64,000 nt of DNA from Macrostomum lignano (Eukaryota): contig NIVC01000291.1 of NCBI GenBank assembly GCA_002269645.1, positions 186,001-250,000 of the forward strand, given 5' to 3'. This document shows, piece by piece, positions 1 to 13,596 of the stretch. Position 1 is the stretch's first letter, and the number at the start of each line of letters is the position of its first letter. Below the pieces are notes generated by a model. That model was not told the DNA's origin. It ran no database searches and saw only the letters and a list, made by a program, of their open reading frames with translations. The translations under genes and the position numbers were made by a program.

Positions 1-3000
1 GTCTGTTCTAGATGTGTTGTGGCTCTGTTCTGGATGTGTTGTGGCTCTGTTCTAGATGTGTTGTGGGTCTGTTCTAGATGTGTTGTGGCTCTGTTCTGGA
101 TGTGTTGTGGCTCTGTTCTAGATGTGTTGTAGGTCTGTTCTAGATGTGCTGTGGCTCTGTTCTGGATGTGTTGTGGCTCTGTTCTAGATGTGTTGTGGCT
201 CTGTTCTGGATGTGTTGTGGCTCTGTTCTAGATGTGTTGTGGCTCTGTTCTAGATGTGTTGTAGGTCTGTTCTAGATGTGTTGTGGCTCTGTTCTGGATG
301 TGTTGTGGCTCTGTTCTAGATGTGTTGTAGGTCTGTTCTAGATGTGTTGTGGCTCTGTTCTGGATGTGTTGTGGCTCTGTTCTAGATGTGTTGTAGGTCT
401 GTTCTAGATGTGTTGTGGCTCTGTTCTGGATGTGTTGTGGCTCTGTTCTAGATGTGTTGTGGGTCTGTTCTAGATGTGTTGTGGCTCTGTTCTGGATGTG
501 TTGTGGCTCTGTTCTAGATGTGTTGTAGGTCTGTTCTAGATGTGTGTGGCTCTGTTCTGGATGTGTTGTGGCTCTGTTCTAGATGTGTTGTGGCTCTGTT
601 CTGATGTGTTGTGGCTCTGTTCTAGATGTGTTGTGGTCTGTTCTAGATGTGTTGTAGGTCTGTTCTAGATGTGTTGTGGCTCTGTTCTGGATGTGTTGTG
701 GCTCTGTTCTAGATGTGTTGTAGGTCTGTTCTAGATGTGTTGTGGCTCTGTTCTGGATGTGTTGTGGCTCTGTTCTAGATGTGTTGTAGGTCTGTTCTAG
801 ATGTGTTGTGGCTCTGTTCTGGATGTGTTGTGGCTCTGTTCTAGATGTGTTGTAGGTCTGTTCTAGATGTGTTGTGGCTCTGTTCTGGATGTGTTGTGGC
901 TCTGTTCTAGATGTGTTGTAGGTCTGTTCTAGATGTGTTGTGGCTCTGTTCTGGATGTGTTGTGGCTCTGTTCTAGATGTGTTGTAGGTCTGTTCTAGAT
1001 GTACTGTGGCTCTGTTCTAGATGTGTTGTAGGTCTGTTCTAGATGTGTTGTGGCTCTGTTCTGGATGTGTTGTGGCTCTGTTCTAGATGTGTTGTAGGTC
1101 TGTTCTAGATGTGCTGTGGCTCTGTTCTGGATGTGTTGTGGCTCTGTTCTAGATGTGTTGTGGCTCTGTTCTGGATGTGTTGTGGCTCTGTTCTAGATGT
1201 GTTGTAGGTCTGTTCTAGATGTGTTGTGGCTCTGTTCTGGATGTGTTGTGGCTCTGTTCTAGATGTGTTGTAGGTCTGTTCTAGATGTGTTGTGGCTCTG
1301 TTCTGGATGTGTTGTGGTCTGTTCTAGATGTGTTGTAGGTCTGTTCTAGATGTGCTGTGGCTCTGTTCTAGATGTGTTGTAGGTCTGTTCTAGATGTGTT
1401 GTGGCTCTGTTCTGGATGTGTTGTGGCTCTGTTCTAGATGTGTTGTAGGTCTGTTCTAGATGTGTTGTGGCTCTGTTCTGGATGTGTTGTGGCTCTGTTC
1501 TAGATGTGTTGTAGGTCTGTTCTAGATGTGTTGTGGCTCTGTTCTGGATGTGTTGTGGCTCTGTTCTAGATGTGTTGTAGGTCTGTTCTAGATGTGTTGT
1601 GGCTCTGTTCTGGATGTGTTGTGGCTCTGTTCTAGATGTGTTGTAGGTCTGTTCTAGATGTGTTGTGGCTCTGTTCTGGATGTGTTGTGGCTCTGTTCTA
1701 GATGTGTTGTAGGTCTGTTCTAGATGTGTTGTGGCTCTGTTCTGGATGTGTTGTGGCTCTGTTCTAGATGTGTTGTAGGTCTGTTCTAGATGTGTTGTGG
1801 CTCTGTTCTGGATGTGTTGTGGCTCTGTTCTAGATGTGTTGTAGGTCTGTTCTAGATGTGTTGTGGCTCTGTTCTGGATGTGTTGTGGCTCTGTTCTAGA
1901 TGTGTTGTAGGTCTGTTCTAGATGTGTTGTGGCTCTGTTCTGGATGTGTTGTGGTCTGTTCTAGATGTGTTGTAGGTCTGTTCTAGATGTGCTGTGGCTC
2001 TGTTCTAGATGTGTTGTAGGTCTGTTCTAGATGTGTTGTGGCTCTGTTCTGGATGTGTTGTGGCTCTGTTCTAGATGTGTTGTAGGTCTGTTCTAGATGT
2101 GCTGTGGCTCTGTTCTGGATGTGTTGTGGCTCTGTTCTAGATGTGTTGTGGCTCTGTTCTAGATGTGTTGTGGCTCTGTTCTAGATGTGTTGTAGGTCTG
2201 TTCTAGATGTGTTGTGGCTCTGTTCTGGATGTGTTGTGGCTCTGTTCTAGATGTGTTGTAGGTCTGTTCTAGATGTGTTGTGGCTCTGTTCTGGATGTGT
2301 TGTGGCTCTGTTCTAGATGTGTTGTAGGTCTGTTCTAGATGTGCTGTGGCTCTGTTCTAGATGTGTTGTAGGTCTGTTCTAGATGTGTTGTGGCTCTGTT
2401 CTGGATGTGTTGTGGCTCTGTTCTAGATGTGTTGTAGGTCTGTTCTAGATGTGTTGTGGCTCTGTTCTGGATGTGTTGTGGCTCTGTTCTAGATGTGTTG
2501 TAGGTCTGTTCTAGATGTGTTGTGGCTCTGTTCTGGATGTGTTGTGGCTCTGTTCTAGATGTGTTGTAGGTCTGTTCTAGATGTGTTGTGGCTCTGTTCT
2601 GGATGTGTTGTGGCTCTGTTCTAGATGTGTTGTAGGTCTGTTCTAGATGTGTTGTGGCTCTGTTCTGGATGTGTTGTGGCTCTGTTCTAGATGTGTTGTA
2701 GGTCTGTTCTAGATGTGTTGTGGCTCTGTTCTGGATGGTTGTGGCTCTGTTCTAGATGTGTTGTGGCTCTGTTCTGGATGTGTTGTGGCTCTGTTCTAGA
2801 TGTGTTGTAGGTCTGTTCTAGATGTGTTGTGGCTCTGTTCTGGATGTGTTGTGGCTCTGTTCTAGATGTGTTGTAGGTCTGTTCTAGATGTGTTGTGGCT
2901 CTGTTCTGGATGTGTTGTGGCTCTGTTCTAGATGTGTTGTAGGTCTGTTCTAGATGTGCTGTGGCTCTGTTCTAGATGTGTTGTAGGTCTGTTCTAGATG

Positions 3001-5919
3001 TGTTGTGGCTCTGTTCTGGATGTGTTGTGGCTCTGTTCTAGATGTGTTGTAGGTCTGTTCTAGATGTGTTGTGGCTCTGTTCTAGATGTGTTGTAGGTCT
3101 GTTCTAGATGTGTTGTGGCTCTGTTCTAGATGTGTTGTAGGTCTGTTCTAGATGTGTTGTAGGTCTGTTCTAGATGTGTTGTGGCTCTGTTCTGGATGTG
3201 TTGTGGCTCTGTTCTAGATGTGTTGTAGGTCTGTTCTAGATGTGTTGTGGCTCTGTTCTGGATGTGTTGTGGCTCTGTTCTAGATGTGTTGTAGGTCTGT
3301 TCTAGATGTGCTGTGGCTCTGTTCTAGATGTGTTGTAGGTCTGTTCTAGATGTGCTGTGGGTATGTTCTAGATGTGTTGTGGGTATGTTCTAGATGTGTT
3401 GTGGGTCTGTTCTAGATGTGTTGTAGGTCTGTTCTAGATGTGTTGTGGGTATGTTCTAGATGTGTTGTAGGTCTGTTATAGATGTGCTGTGGGTATGTTC
3501 TAGATGTGTTGTAGGTCTGTTATAGATGTGCTGTGGGTATGTTCTAGATGTGTTGTGGGTCTGTTCTAGATGTGTTGTGGCTCTGTTCTAGATGTGTTGT
3601 AGGTCTGTTCTAGATGTGCTGTGGCTCTGTTCTAGATGTGTTGTAGGTCTGTTCTAGATGTGCTGTGGGTATGTTCTAGATGTGTTGTAGGTCTGTTATA
3701 GATGTGCTGTGGGTATGTTCTAGATGTGTTGTGGGTCTGTTCTAGATGTGTTGTGGCTCTGTTCTAGATGTGTTGTGGGTATGTTCTAGATGTGTTGTGG
3801 GTCTGTTCTAGATGTGTTGTGGTTCTGTTCTAGATGTGTTGTGGGTATGTTCTATATGTGTTGTGGGTCTGTTCTAGATGTGTTGTGGTTCTGTTCTAGA
3901 TGTGTTGTGGCTCTGTTCTAGATGTGTTGTGGGTCTGTTCTAGATGTGTTGTGGCTCTGTTCTAGATGTGTTGTGGCTCTGTTCTAGATGTGTTGTGGCT
4001 CTGTTCTAGATGTGTTGTGGGTATGTTCTAGATGTGTTGTGGTTCTGTTCTAGATGTGTTGTGGCTCTGTTCTAGATGTGTTGTGGGTATGTTCTAGATG
4101 TGTTGTGGCTCTGTTCTAGATGTGTTGTGGGTATGTTCTAGATGTGTTGTGGGTCTGTTCTAGATGTGTTGTGGTTCTGTTCTAGATGTGTTGTGGGTAT
4201 GTTCTAGATGTGTTGTGGGTCTGTTCTAGATGTGTTGTGGTTCTGTTCTAGATGTGTTGTGGCTCTGTTCTAGATGTGTTGTGGGTCTGTTCTAGATGTG
4301 TTGTGGTTCTGTTCTAGATGTGTTGTGGCTCTGTTCTAGATGTGTTGTGGGTATGTTCTAGATGTGTTGTGGCTCTGTTCTAGATGTGTTGTGGCTCTGT
4401 TCTAGATGTGTTGTGGGTCTGTTCTAGATGTGTTGTGGGTCTGTTCTAGATGTGTTGTGGGTCTGTTCTAGATGTGTTGTGGTTCTGTTCTAGATGTGTT
4501 GTGGCTCTGTTCTAGATGTGTTGTGGGTCTGTTCTAGATGTGTTGTGGTTCTGTTCTAGATGTGTTGTGGCTCTGTTCTAGATGTGTTGTGGGTATGTTC
4601 TAGATGTGTTGTGGGTCTGTTCTAGATGTGTTGTGGGTCTGTTCTAGATGTGTTGTGGGTCTGTTCTAGATGTGTTGTGGCTCTGTTCTAGATGTGTTGT
4701 GGTCTGTTCTAGATGTGTTGTGGGTATGTTCTAGATGTGTTGTGGGTCTGTTCTAGATGTGTTGTGGTTCTGTTCTAGATGTGTTGTGGGTATGTTCTAG
4801 ATGTGTTGTGGGTATGTTCTAGATGTGTTGTGGTTCTGTTCTAGATGTGTTGTGGCTCTGTTCTAGATGTGTTGTGGGTCTGTTCTAGATGTGTTGTGGT
4901 TCTGTTCTAGATGTGTTGTGGCTCTGTTCTAGATGTGTTGTGGGTATGTTCTAGATGTGTTGTGGCTCTGTTCTAGATGTGTTGTGGCTCTGTTCTAGAT
5001 GTGTTGTGGGTCTGTTCTAGATGTGTTGTGGGTCTGTTCTAGATGTGTTGTGGGTCTGTTCTAGATGTGTTGTGGTTCTGTTCTAGATGTGTTGTGGCTC
5101 TGTTCTAGATGTGTTGTGGGTCTGTTCTAGATGTGTTGTGGTTCTGTTCTAGATGTGTTGTGGCTCTGTTCTAGATGTGTTGTGGGTATGTTCTAGATGT
5201 GTTGTGGGTCTGTTCTAGATGTGTTGTAGGTCTGTTCTAGATGTGTTGTGGGTCTGTTCTAGATGTGTTGTGGCTCTGTTCTAGATGTGTTGTGGGTCTG
5301 TTCTAGATGTGTTGTGGGTATGTTCTAGATGTGTTGTGGGTCTGTTCTAGATGTGTTGTGGTTCTGTTCTAGATGTGTTGTGGGTATGTTCTAGATGTGT
5401 TGTGGGTATGTTCTAGATGTGTTGTGGTTCTGTTCTAGATGTGTTGTGGCTCTGTTCTAGATGTGTTGTGGGTATGTTCTAGATGTGTTGTGGTTCTGTT
5501 CTAGATGTGTTGTGGTTCTGTTCTAGATGTGTTGTGGGTCTGTTCTAGATGTGTTGTAGGTCTGTTCTAGATGTGTTGTGGGTCTGTTCTAGATTTTTTG
5601 TGGGTCTGTTCTAGATGTGTTGTGGGTATGTTCTAGATGTGTTGTGGTTCTGTTCTAGATGTGTTTTGGTTCTGTTCTAGATGTGTTGTGGGTCTGTTCT
5701 AGATGTGTTGTGGGTATGTTCTAGATGTGTTGTGGCTCTGTTCTAGATGTGTTGTGGTTCTGTTCTAGATGTGTTGTGGCTCTGTTCTAGATGTGTTGTG
5801 GTTCTGTTCTAGATGTGTTGTGGTTCTGTTCTAGATGTGTTGTGGGTATGTTCTAGATGTGTTTTGGTTCTGTTCTAGATGTGTTGTGGGTCTGTTCTAG
5901 ATGTGTTGTGGGTCTGTTC
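1..5919. repeat. 22-bp satellite array (consensus GGCTCTGTTCTAGATGTGTTGT), about 270 monomers, running off the window start
   Basis: The period of 22 is read directly (tctgttcta at 2, 24, 46). The left part is a 66-bp trimer of variants (ggctct..tgg / ggctct..tag / aggtct..tag). The right part uses gggtat/gggtct/ggttct variants. Confidence 0.97.
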
Positions 5920-6005
5920 CCCAATTAAGTCAGTCGCCGGTTCAATACTGTAGTCAAAACCACTTCAGCTGCTCGCATTCGCTACACTTCTGTGCTGAGG
6001 CTGCA

Positions 6006-9000
6006 TCAGAGCTCAGTGATGGCCCCTGACTCTTTCGTGGCGACTGTGCTGTGGGTGACACGTCGCCCTGACACGTTCATCCCGCTGGTGCTTGCGAGTT
6101 CGCAGCCGCCAGTGCTGCCGCCGCCTCGGCCGCCACGGCCAGCCCCGCCTCCGCCGCCGCTGGTTCCATCAGCGCCGCGTCTGCGGTTTTTCTGGACGGC
6201 ATCGCCGCGGCAGTTGCAGCTGGGCACGGCCTGGCGGAAGGCGGAGCCGAACGCGTAGACGGTGAAGCTCAGGCAGTGGTTGGCCAGCTTGGCGAAGCGG
6301 CACACGTGGCCGGCCAAGCCCCAGGCCTTGATGTTCAGCGGCGAGCTGCCGGACAGCCACTTGGCCAGGCGCATCAGCCAGCCGCCGGTCACCAGGTAGT
6401 AGGGCAGGTTGAACACCAGGAACAGCAGCAGAATGCTCACGAGAGTTCGCGTCAGCCGGCGGTTCTGCGCAGCCACCTGGTTGGCGCACGCATTTCTTGA
6501 AGCGGCGGCTGCGTCCTCCTGCTGATCCTTGCCGACGTTCAGCTGTTGAAGTCGCCGACCGACCGCTCGGATGAGCAGGGCGCTGGCCGTAGCCATGACA
6601 ACCAAGGGCAGCACGGAGAACAGCAGCCAGCCGTTGGCGCTCCAGACCTTCCGAGCGCCGCGAGCTCCCGGCGACTGCGAACAGACGCCAGCGATGCGGC
6701 ATCCGGTGCCGTTGACGCCGGGGACTTTGGCCGTCAGCAGGCGCGCGGTGAACACGGAGTGGCAGTTGATGGCAGCGCTGATGAGCAAAACGACGCCGAC
6801 TTCCAGAAGAATGCGGCGGCGACTGCGGCGCACGGTGGAGCGGAGCATGCAGAGCCACTCAACGCTGACGGTGGCCAGCAGGTTGGCGGACACGCAGAAG
6901 GCCATGGTTGGCAGGAAGTAGCGAAAGCTGCGAGGGGCGAGATTTTGGGTGGTGATCGGTCCATCGTGCTGACCTCAAAAATCCCACCGCCCTGCATTTC
7001 AATGAGCAATCAGGAAAAGTTTCATGTGTCAGCTGGTGTCCTGAATTCGATGGTTCTGTACTCATCGCCGGTCTAATAGCGGGACTCGATAGAGCAACCG
7101 CACCACTCTGATAAACTCCATTCGCTAATGAAAAGTCTTTAGTGAAGACGGTGCAGGGAGGTTTCTGTCAAGAAAATCAGCGAACCAGTTGCTAGGCTGC
7201 TATAGCTTGTATTTCCCTGCTATTTTTCCAGCAGTTTTCTCATCAAACGCCAATTTCAATTGAGGGCAATTGAGCGTTGGTTCTACAGAAATGGACTTTT
7301 ATTCCAGGGAATGCTGCAGGCTTGAATTCAGCATAAACAGCTGCACTTTTCTCACTTAGAAAGTTGGCTTCAAGGTTTTATCAAGGATCTCGTTCAAGAC
7401 TTCTGCAAACAATTTACACTTGAAGAGTAATCAAGTAAAAACTGCTGGGTGGAACCTGTTGGCATCAAGGGTGCGACAGACACCGGCAGTCGGTGCAAAA
7501 ATTTGCACAGGAATTAGGCAGCTGATCTGCCTACACAGATGGAACTGATGGAGATCTGCATCAGCACAGGGACAGACAGACATGTATGATGCTTGCACTT
7601 TCTACTGCAAGTTCAGGGCTGCGTTCGGCATAAACAGTTTGCAGCAGCTTCTGTGCTGGGTACTGCAGCTCCCCATTTGTCACTACTGAGAGGCACCGCT
7701 GCTTTGAACTGGGAACTTGTGCATGAGAACTGAAACTGCATTTAGCTGCTACCGCACTAGAAGGTCCATTAGGTCGTCTGTCTCAGATTTTGATTTATTA
7801 TCATTTTATTGCCAACTCCTGCCGCCGCCAGTGCATTGGCAAGCCCAGGACGCGGCTGCGCTGGCGGAATAATTTGCTGCGCGGACTGCTGCACTTACCG
7901 GGGTGACTCCCTGGCCTTCTTTACGAGCCTGATAATGTACTTACAACCTCATGGCGAATGGATCTGCATTCCATTCGAATGCATCCAAATCGAATTGTTG
8001 TTTTTTCCCATCGCAAACGGTTTGTTTTGTGGCAATCTTTATTGACTAGATAAAGCCTAACTTGGCACACGAATATATTATATGCATTAAACATTTGCAG
8101 GTTTGTGGGCCGCTCTTCCTACCAACGACGACGGGTTTCTGCTGCGGCGACGGGTGGGTCGATGGCAACCGGAGGGCGGCTCAGCGTGCTTGGCTACGGG
8201 GACAATCTCTCTTTGCTGTCCTTAACTGTCGAGGGCTCCACGCGACAACTGGACAAGCTAGTCGCTGTTGCGGCGAGTGTCGGCCTGGTGGTCAACACGC
8301 GTGCCGGACGACATCGAGGCTGCAACAAAAGGCGCAGAAGATGGACAGGCGGTGAAGCTTTCAAGTTGTCGGCAGTTCATCTACCTCGGCGGTCTGGTTC
8401 CCGGCGTCCACGAGGATCTGCGGCATCACCGCGGGGTTTGCCTGAGCTGCCTTTCGTTCTGAGGGCAGTCGTTCTGTCAAATGCCCTACCTGACCGCCAG
8501 AGGCAGCGGTCGAGACGTCCTGCTGTACAAGATCTGGACGCTGACGGACTTGCTCGAGCAGCCAGTAGGTGGCCTGCAGCGCGCCGCCTTGAAGATTGGC
8601 GACTAGCGAACGTTTCCAATGCGACTGCACTGCATTCGCCGCGCCGGCCTGGTCCGTCCAAGCGACCTGTTGCGCCATTTGCGACTCAAGCTGGCAGGCC
8701 ACATCATCCGCGCCCGCCGAGTCGCACTGCCTACAGCCGGTGCAGGTGGTTTTTCTGAAGCTGCAGGCACCCTACTGGCGAAGACAGGCGTGCACTCGGC
8801 TGAAGCCGGCACCCCATATTGACGCGTGGCCTTCGTTCAGAGGCGACCCATGGCTTCTGAACGAACATTTTTCTGTTTTTGCGCCTTGCGGGCTGGCTAT
8901 CATGGGTTAAGCTACTCCCCCCTTCTCTCCTTTGAGCTGCAGAAGGCACTCTGATATGAGAGCGAAACCCACGGGGGAACCGCGCCACTTTTCTTGAACT

Positions 9001-11006
9001 GAGTCTATCGATTATCAAGTCGATCATAGCTCGTATGGGGATGGCGTTCTTTTTCTTCATAATTTCTTCAAGTATGGAATGATATTCCAGCTTAACTTTG
9101 CATTGGTTTAAACTGCAGAATCGGGTGATTAGACTTGGCTTGGGAACGAAGCAGAGTTTCATCCAATCACAGGCTGCGTGGGGCAGAAAACAGATGAGCG
9201 AAGCAACCAATCAGAGCATCGGAGAGGAGTTGGCGTCAGACAAACCATGACAGTAAAACTGAGGCAGTGAGCTGTAAAGAAACCAGCTTAAAATAGTCAA
9301 GTATAAGTGGGAAGTTCTCATTTTTTATATATTTCAATGGCGTCTATTTCTATTGTAGGGGCAGGATATATGGACGCAATATTGCACGAGATGCCATCGC
9401 GTTGAGTCGGAAGGAATTAGTCAGCTGAGGCGAATTGGTGCCGCAGCCTGGGAAGAGTAGATGAGGGAATTGTGATGCCTCAGGCCCGACTTGGCTGAGA
9501 AATGAGCCAGGAAGTCGGCCTGACAGAGCGCCCAGCAATCTGTTCTGGATTCCGGACTTTTCTCTCGCTCAGCGCACTTCCGAGAGCCTCCTGGCCCCGT
9601 CTGTCAGGGTCCAATGGAGGCTGCGCAAATGTCGCCAGTTGATGAAGCACCCGATTTAGCGGGGAGAGATGCAGGGGGAACTGTTTGGTCTCCTGGCCCG
9701 GACCCTCTGTCTGCGATAAGGATCAGCCAGTCTCTCAGCCTTCACGCGCGCAAAAAAACCGGAAGGGTTCTTGCGAACTTTCGTTCTGGCTGCTGAACCT
9801 TTCGAGCAGAGCTGGCCGCTGTAAGTACAGCACGTTGATGTGCTTCAAGTTCATGGTGCGGTGTAGAATCCAACTTTATTTTTCAAATTGGACCGCATGA
9901 ATAAAGTGAGCAATTTCTTACGAGTAAATGATCCGACTCAGAGTTTGAGAAACTGCTCACTTTTTTATGAATAAAGATTTATCTCCAACTTAGAGTAAAT
10001 TCTCAGCCACCCGAGCAGCTGCTCAGTCGCTTGGAACCATAGACATAAAATAGATATCAAAACTCCTTTCCCTTTCTTTGCGGCTCAAAGGAACGAGCAG
10101 GGCTCGCCCATGGATGATAGCAAGATCTGCCAGGTGGTAGAAAAAAAACGCCAAGTGAATGAAAAAAGCGAAGCAGCCTTCTGTAATTATCCTCGCGAAC
10201 GCATCCAGCGTACGTTGCTCCAAGCACACTTGCATTCGGGTGGGTGCCCTTTCTGCACCAAAATGAGGCACGCTAACAGAGCAGTAAGGTGATTATTCTG
10301 CTGAATACGACGATGGCCCGCTAAGCATGCCGCCGACTTGATTCGAGAAAATGCGAGCAAATGCTTAAAACTTTTGTCTATGGCCAGAGTTTCTAGTATC
10401 TATGCTCGTGCGGCCTAGTGTTCAATAAACTGTCAAGTCATAGCTGATCATTTGTAGTCTGCCTACACCAAAACCAGGGCATTTCAGAGTTCGTTAATCA
10501 CATTTTTGCAGTTTATAGTCTTCCCAAAGAGCCCTAGATGGCGCTTGACAGAGCTCAGCCCATCTACTCAAAGTCCGCCAATCTAAACCTCAAGAATATT
10601 AGATTTTTTAATATTCCCCGCTGCGCTTGAAGCCGCCAATCTTGAACACGAACCCCAAACAGGAAATCCGCAGAGAAACTGACCGACACTGCATCGACGA
10701 GGTGGGGAAGACGATCCCCATGGTGAGGCAGACTTCTATCGCCAGGCTGCCGATGGACAGCAGGTCCGCCAGCGAAATTGCCAAGAAGAAGCTGAAGATC
10801 GGCGATCGCCGCAAAAGGCCTCCGCGGGCCATCACGCTGATGCCGAAGCAGTTGCCTGCGACACCCACCGCTGCCACCACCACCAGAGCCGTCACCACCA
10901 GCGGCTTCGACTTTTCAGAGGCCCACTGGCAACTTTCCTCGGCTTCCACTGTGAGGTTTCCTCCAGACTCCACTGCCTCATTTTGTAGAGCGGTGAAATT
11001 CGTCAT
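6006..11006 (-). CDS. Rhodopsin-like (class A) peptide-type GPCR, two exons: about 11006(or 11027)..10684 and 6927..6006
   Basis: Exon 1 has N-glycosylation sequons (NFT, NLT), TM1 GVAGN, TM2 LADL and the TM3 Cys. Donor CG|GTCAGT at 10683 and acceptor CAG|C at 6928 give a phase-2 join reading SMQCR-FRYFLPTMAF. Exon 2 encodes TM3 SVEWL, TM6 LLFLVFNLPYY and TM7 ANHCLSFTVY..FR. Confidence 0.85.
8100..8915 (+). mobile_element. 5'-truncated, decayed RTE-clade non-LTR retrotransposon (RT C-terminal half), antisense inside the GPCR intron
   Basis: Translation LSVLGYGDNLSLLSLTVEGSTRQLDKLVAVAASVGLVVN (degenerate YADD region), then YLGG and LAGHIIR motifs across frameshifts. Homologous to 32802-33660. 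Confidence 0.8.
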
Positions 11007-11835
11007 TGTGGGCTGCCTGAAATGCAACAGTGGCGCAGTCGGCGGAGTGGAACCCAGCTATAGAAGTCACTCTTAGGCTGCATGCAAATCCAACTCACCC
11101 GCTGCGGGAGACTTTGCTGGTGCGTGGATTTGCCTTTCAGTTGGGAAATCCCTCCCGCAGCTGTTCCCCTATTTATCGTTGCTGCCTAAACAGAAATCCC
11201 AAACCGTTGGTACAGGATGAACCCCGAGCAGCCAATAAGCAAAGCGGTGTCGCCCTGCCCTCGCGCTGGAAATTCTGCCTTGCTGACAGCCAGCTAATCC
11301 CGATTTCCGATGCCGAGCAGGGAGATGCTGCACAGCTCCATCTTTTGATTGAAGTTTGCTCGTCACTTTAGGGGTTCGGTTTGTCGTGCAAACACTGACC
11401 ATCTGGCCAGTTTTGTCTCCATGGCAACAGTGCGACAACAAAACTATCTCTAGTTCTGGTGAAAAGTTTTACATTGTCCCCACTATGTAAGCAGGTTTAT
11501 TTGTTACCTCCGCTCCTGGTGGAAAGTCGCACGACTACTCAAAGAGGCATGTTCCACTTAATGCCCTCGAGTAAAATATTTGGGATGAGGCCGTCCGCAA
11601 ACGAGAATTGATTTTGGCAACAGCCAAGTTCTCGTGCACTTAAGCAGCTTTTGGTGCACGCCTGCATCAGTTCTCTGTGTATTGTGTAAAATAGGAATTC
11701 AGGTTGACTAGTGCAGTTAAACCATACACATCACTGTAAGAATGCCCAAGGGTTTGAAAAAGTCACGAAATTAGTTTATGAGTCTCATTGTAGGAAAACC
11801 TTCTCAAAGAAATGCTGACGCAGAGAGGAAAGGGT

Positions 11836-12227
11836 TGGTTTCGCCCATTCTGCGCTAAGAGACATCATATCCGATGGTTTCGCATATTCTGTGCTAAGAG
11901 ACATCATATCCGATGGTTTCGCCCATTCTGCGCTAAGAGACATCATATCCGATGGTTTTGCCCATTCTGTGCTAAGAGACATCATATCCGATGGTTTTGC
12001 CCATTCTGTGCTAAGAGACATCATATCCGATGGTTTTGCCCATTCTGTGCTAAGAGACATCATATCCGATGGTTTTGCCCATTCTGTGCTAAGAGACATC
12101 ATATCCGATGGTTTTGCCCATTCTGCGCTAAGAGACATCATATCCGATGGTTTCGCATATTCTGTGCTAAGAGACATCATATCCGATGGTTTCGCCCATT
12201 CTGCGCTAAGATACATCATATCCGATG
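11836..12227. repeat. 39-bp minisatellite, about 10 copies (GGTTTCGCCCATTCTGCGCTAAGAGACATCATATCCGAT)
   Basis: Direct tandem copies, producing 13-aa repeat ORFs in several frames. Confidence 0.95.
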
Positions 12228-13596
12228 GGATGTGGCTAAACGTTTCTCGTGTGCGGCACAAAATGATTGTTATTGTACAATTTACAAAAATCTAAAAAGC
12301 GACAGATAAGTGTCGTGGTGTGTGCTGTTTGTTACGTAATCGGAAGCATTTACGATATCCGCCATTTATGTTCTTACTATTGTAAACGCTGGCCACTCTG
12401 ATGTCATGCCCAGTTGAGATGCAGCTAAGCAATTCGAGCAGTCTTGGCGGATGCTGAACTTTATACGGGAGACGGAACTGTGCCTGCAAAGGGAAATAAC
12501 GATAAACTTGATCCGGTTATTGCACTGCGCTCCCGACGTCCTTTAATCAGTTTACACGCATAGCAAGCTGAAATCAATCGCGCGCAATATCCGAAATACT
12601 CAGAGAGCACAAAACTCATTGGAGCGATTTCGGTGTTTCAACAGGCAGTTGCGATCGGAGCTGAAATAATTCCGGGCCAGCCCGAGCTGATGAGTAGTTG
12701 GAAACTAGAGAAGCACTTTTCTGCTCAGAGCGTGCACCAAGTTTGCTGTCTTTGCACCCGGTCGCTCGGCTAGGCTAGCGCTTGTAAAAGACTTTATTTG
12801 TCCCTCCAGACACGAGATAAAACTCGGGGCAGCTGCTAAGGATATTAAGGACACCATTTTGATGTTTTTCCTATCCGGACTGAACTATACTTAACGAGCG
12901 CTCTGTGTCCAAACTGAGTGAGCAAAGTAACGCCTGCTCGGACACTTTTATAAATGTAAGCAAATATGGTTTTCTGGCATAAAGTCAATTCCAAAAGTCA
13001 AACATTTTTGTCCAGTCTCTTATTGAGATGATGCAGCAGCCGTCTCCCACACCCGTAATTCACGAGAGGTCGAGCTTGGGATGCAATTCGATTGAATCCC
13101 AACAATGTGGCCGTGGAGAGCGAAGATTCTCAGGCGCAGAAAGTCCTGGGGAAGGTTCTGCCAAGTGCAATGACATGGGGCAGCTTGAAGAAGTCCCGGA
13201 CATGCTCGATGGGGTTCATGTCTGGGGGGGAGCAGGGTGGTTGTGAGACTGGGAGTTTGACTAACATGCTGAGCTACGCATATCGAGGTACCGACTGCCT
13301 TAACGCGGGACTTTGTCAGCAGCCTTCGAATTTTGCTGCTCGCGTTCAACCAAAGCACCGTGCAGCCTCACTGATTGACACACCGTCTTCTAGCATTCCA
13401 ACAGCTTGCCATTATTCAGCCTTCGTCATTTGCCGCACAAAAATTTTGCAATCGTGCGTGTGAATTGGACTAACATGTGGACTAACAGAACTCCTCAATC
13501 GGCTCGATGTGAAATTGTCTATGGCTTGAAGTCCGCCTAGCAAAAGATGATTTTGGAAGAAGCTCAAAACCGGCTTGAGCTCAGCCGAGTGCAGAC

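Noticed and set aside
1-5919. CRISPR-like appearance of this and other arrays (e.g. 48124-49208, 11836-12227)
   Set aside because: Units are contiguous with no unique spacers, there are no cas genes, and the context is eukaryotic.
8731-10292. Several 60-160 aa ORFs in the GPCR intron
   Set aside because: No recognisable motif or consistent exon chain.
11785-12309. ORFs with 13-aa repeats on both strands
   Set aside because: Artefact of a 39-bp (multiple of 3) minisatellite; no splice or domain support.
13020-13463. Overlapping ORFs upstream of the kinase
   Set aside because: No domain signature; cannot be linked to the kinase frame.
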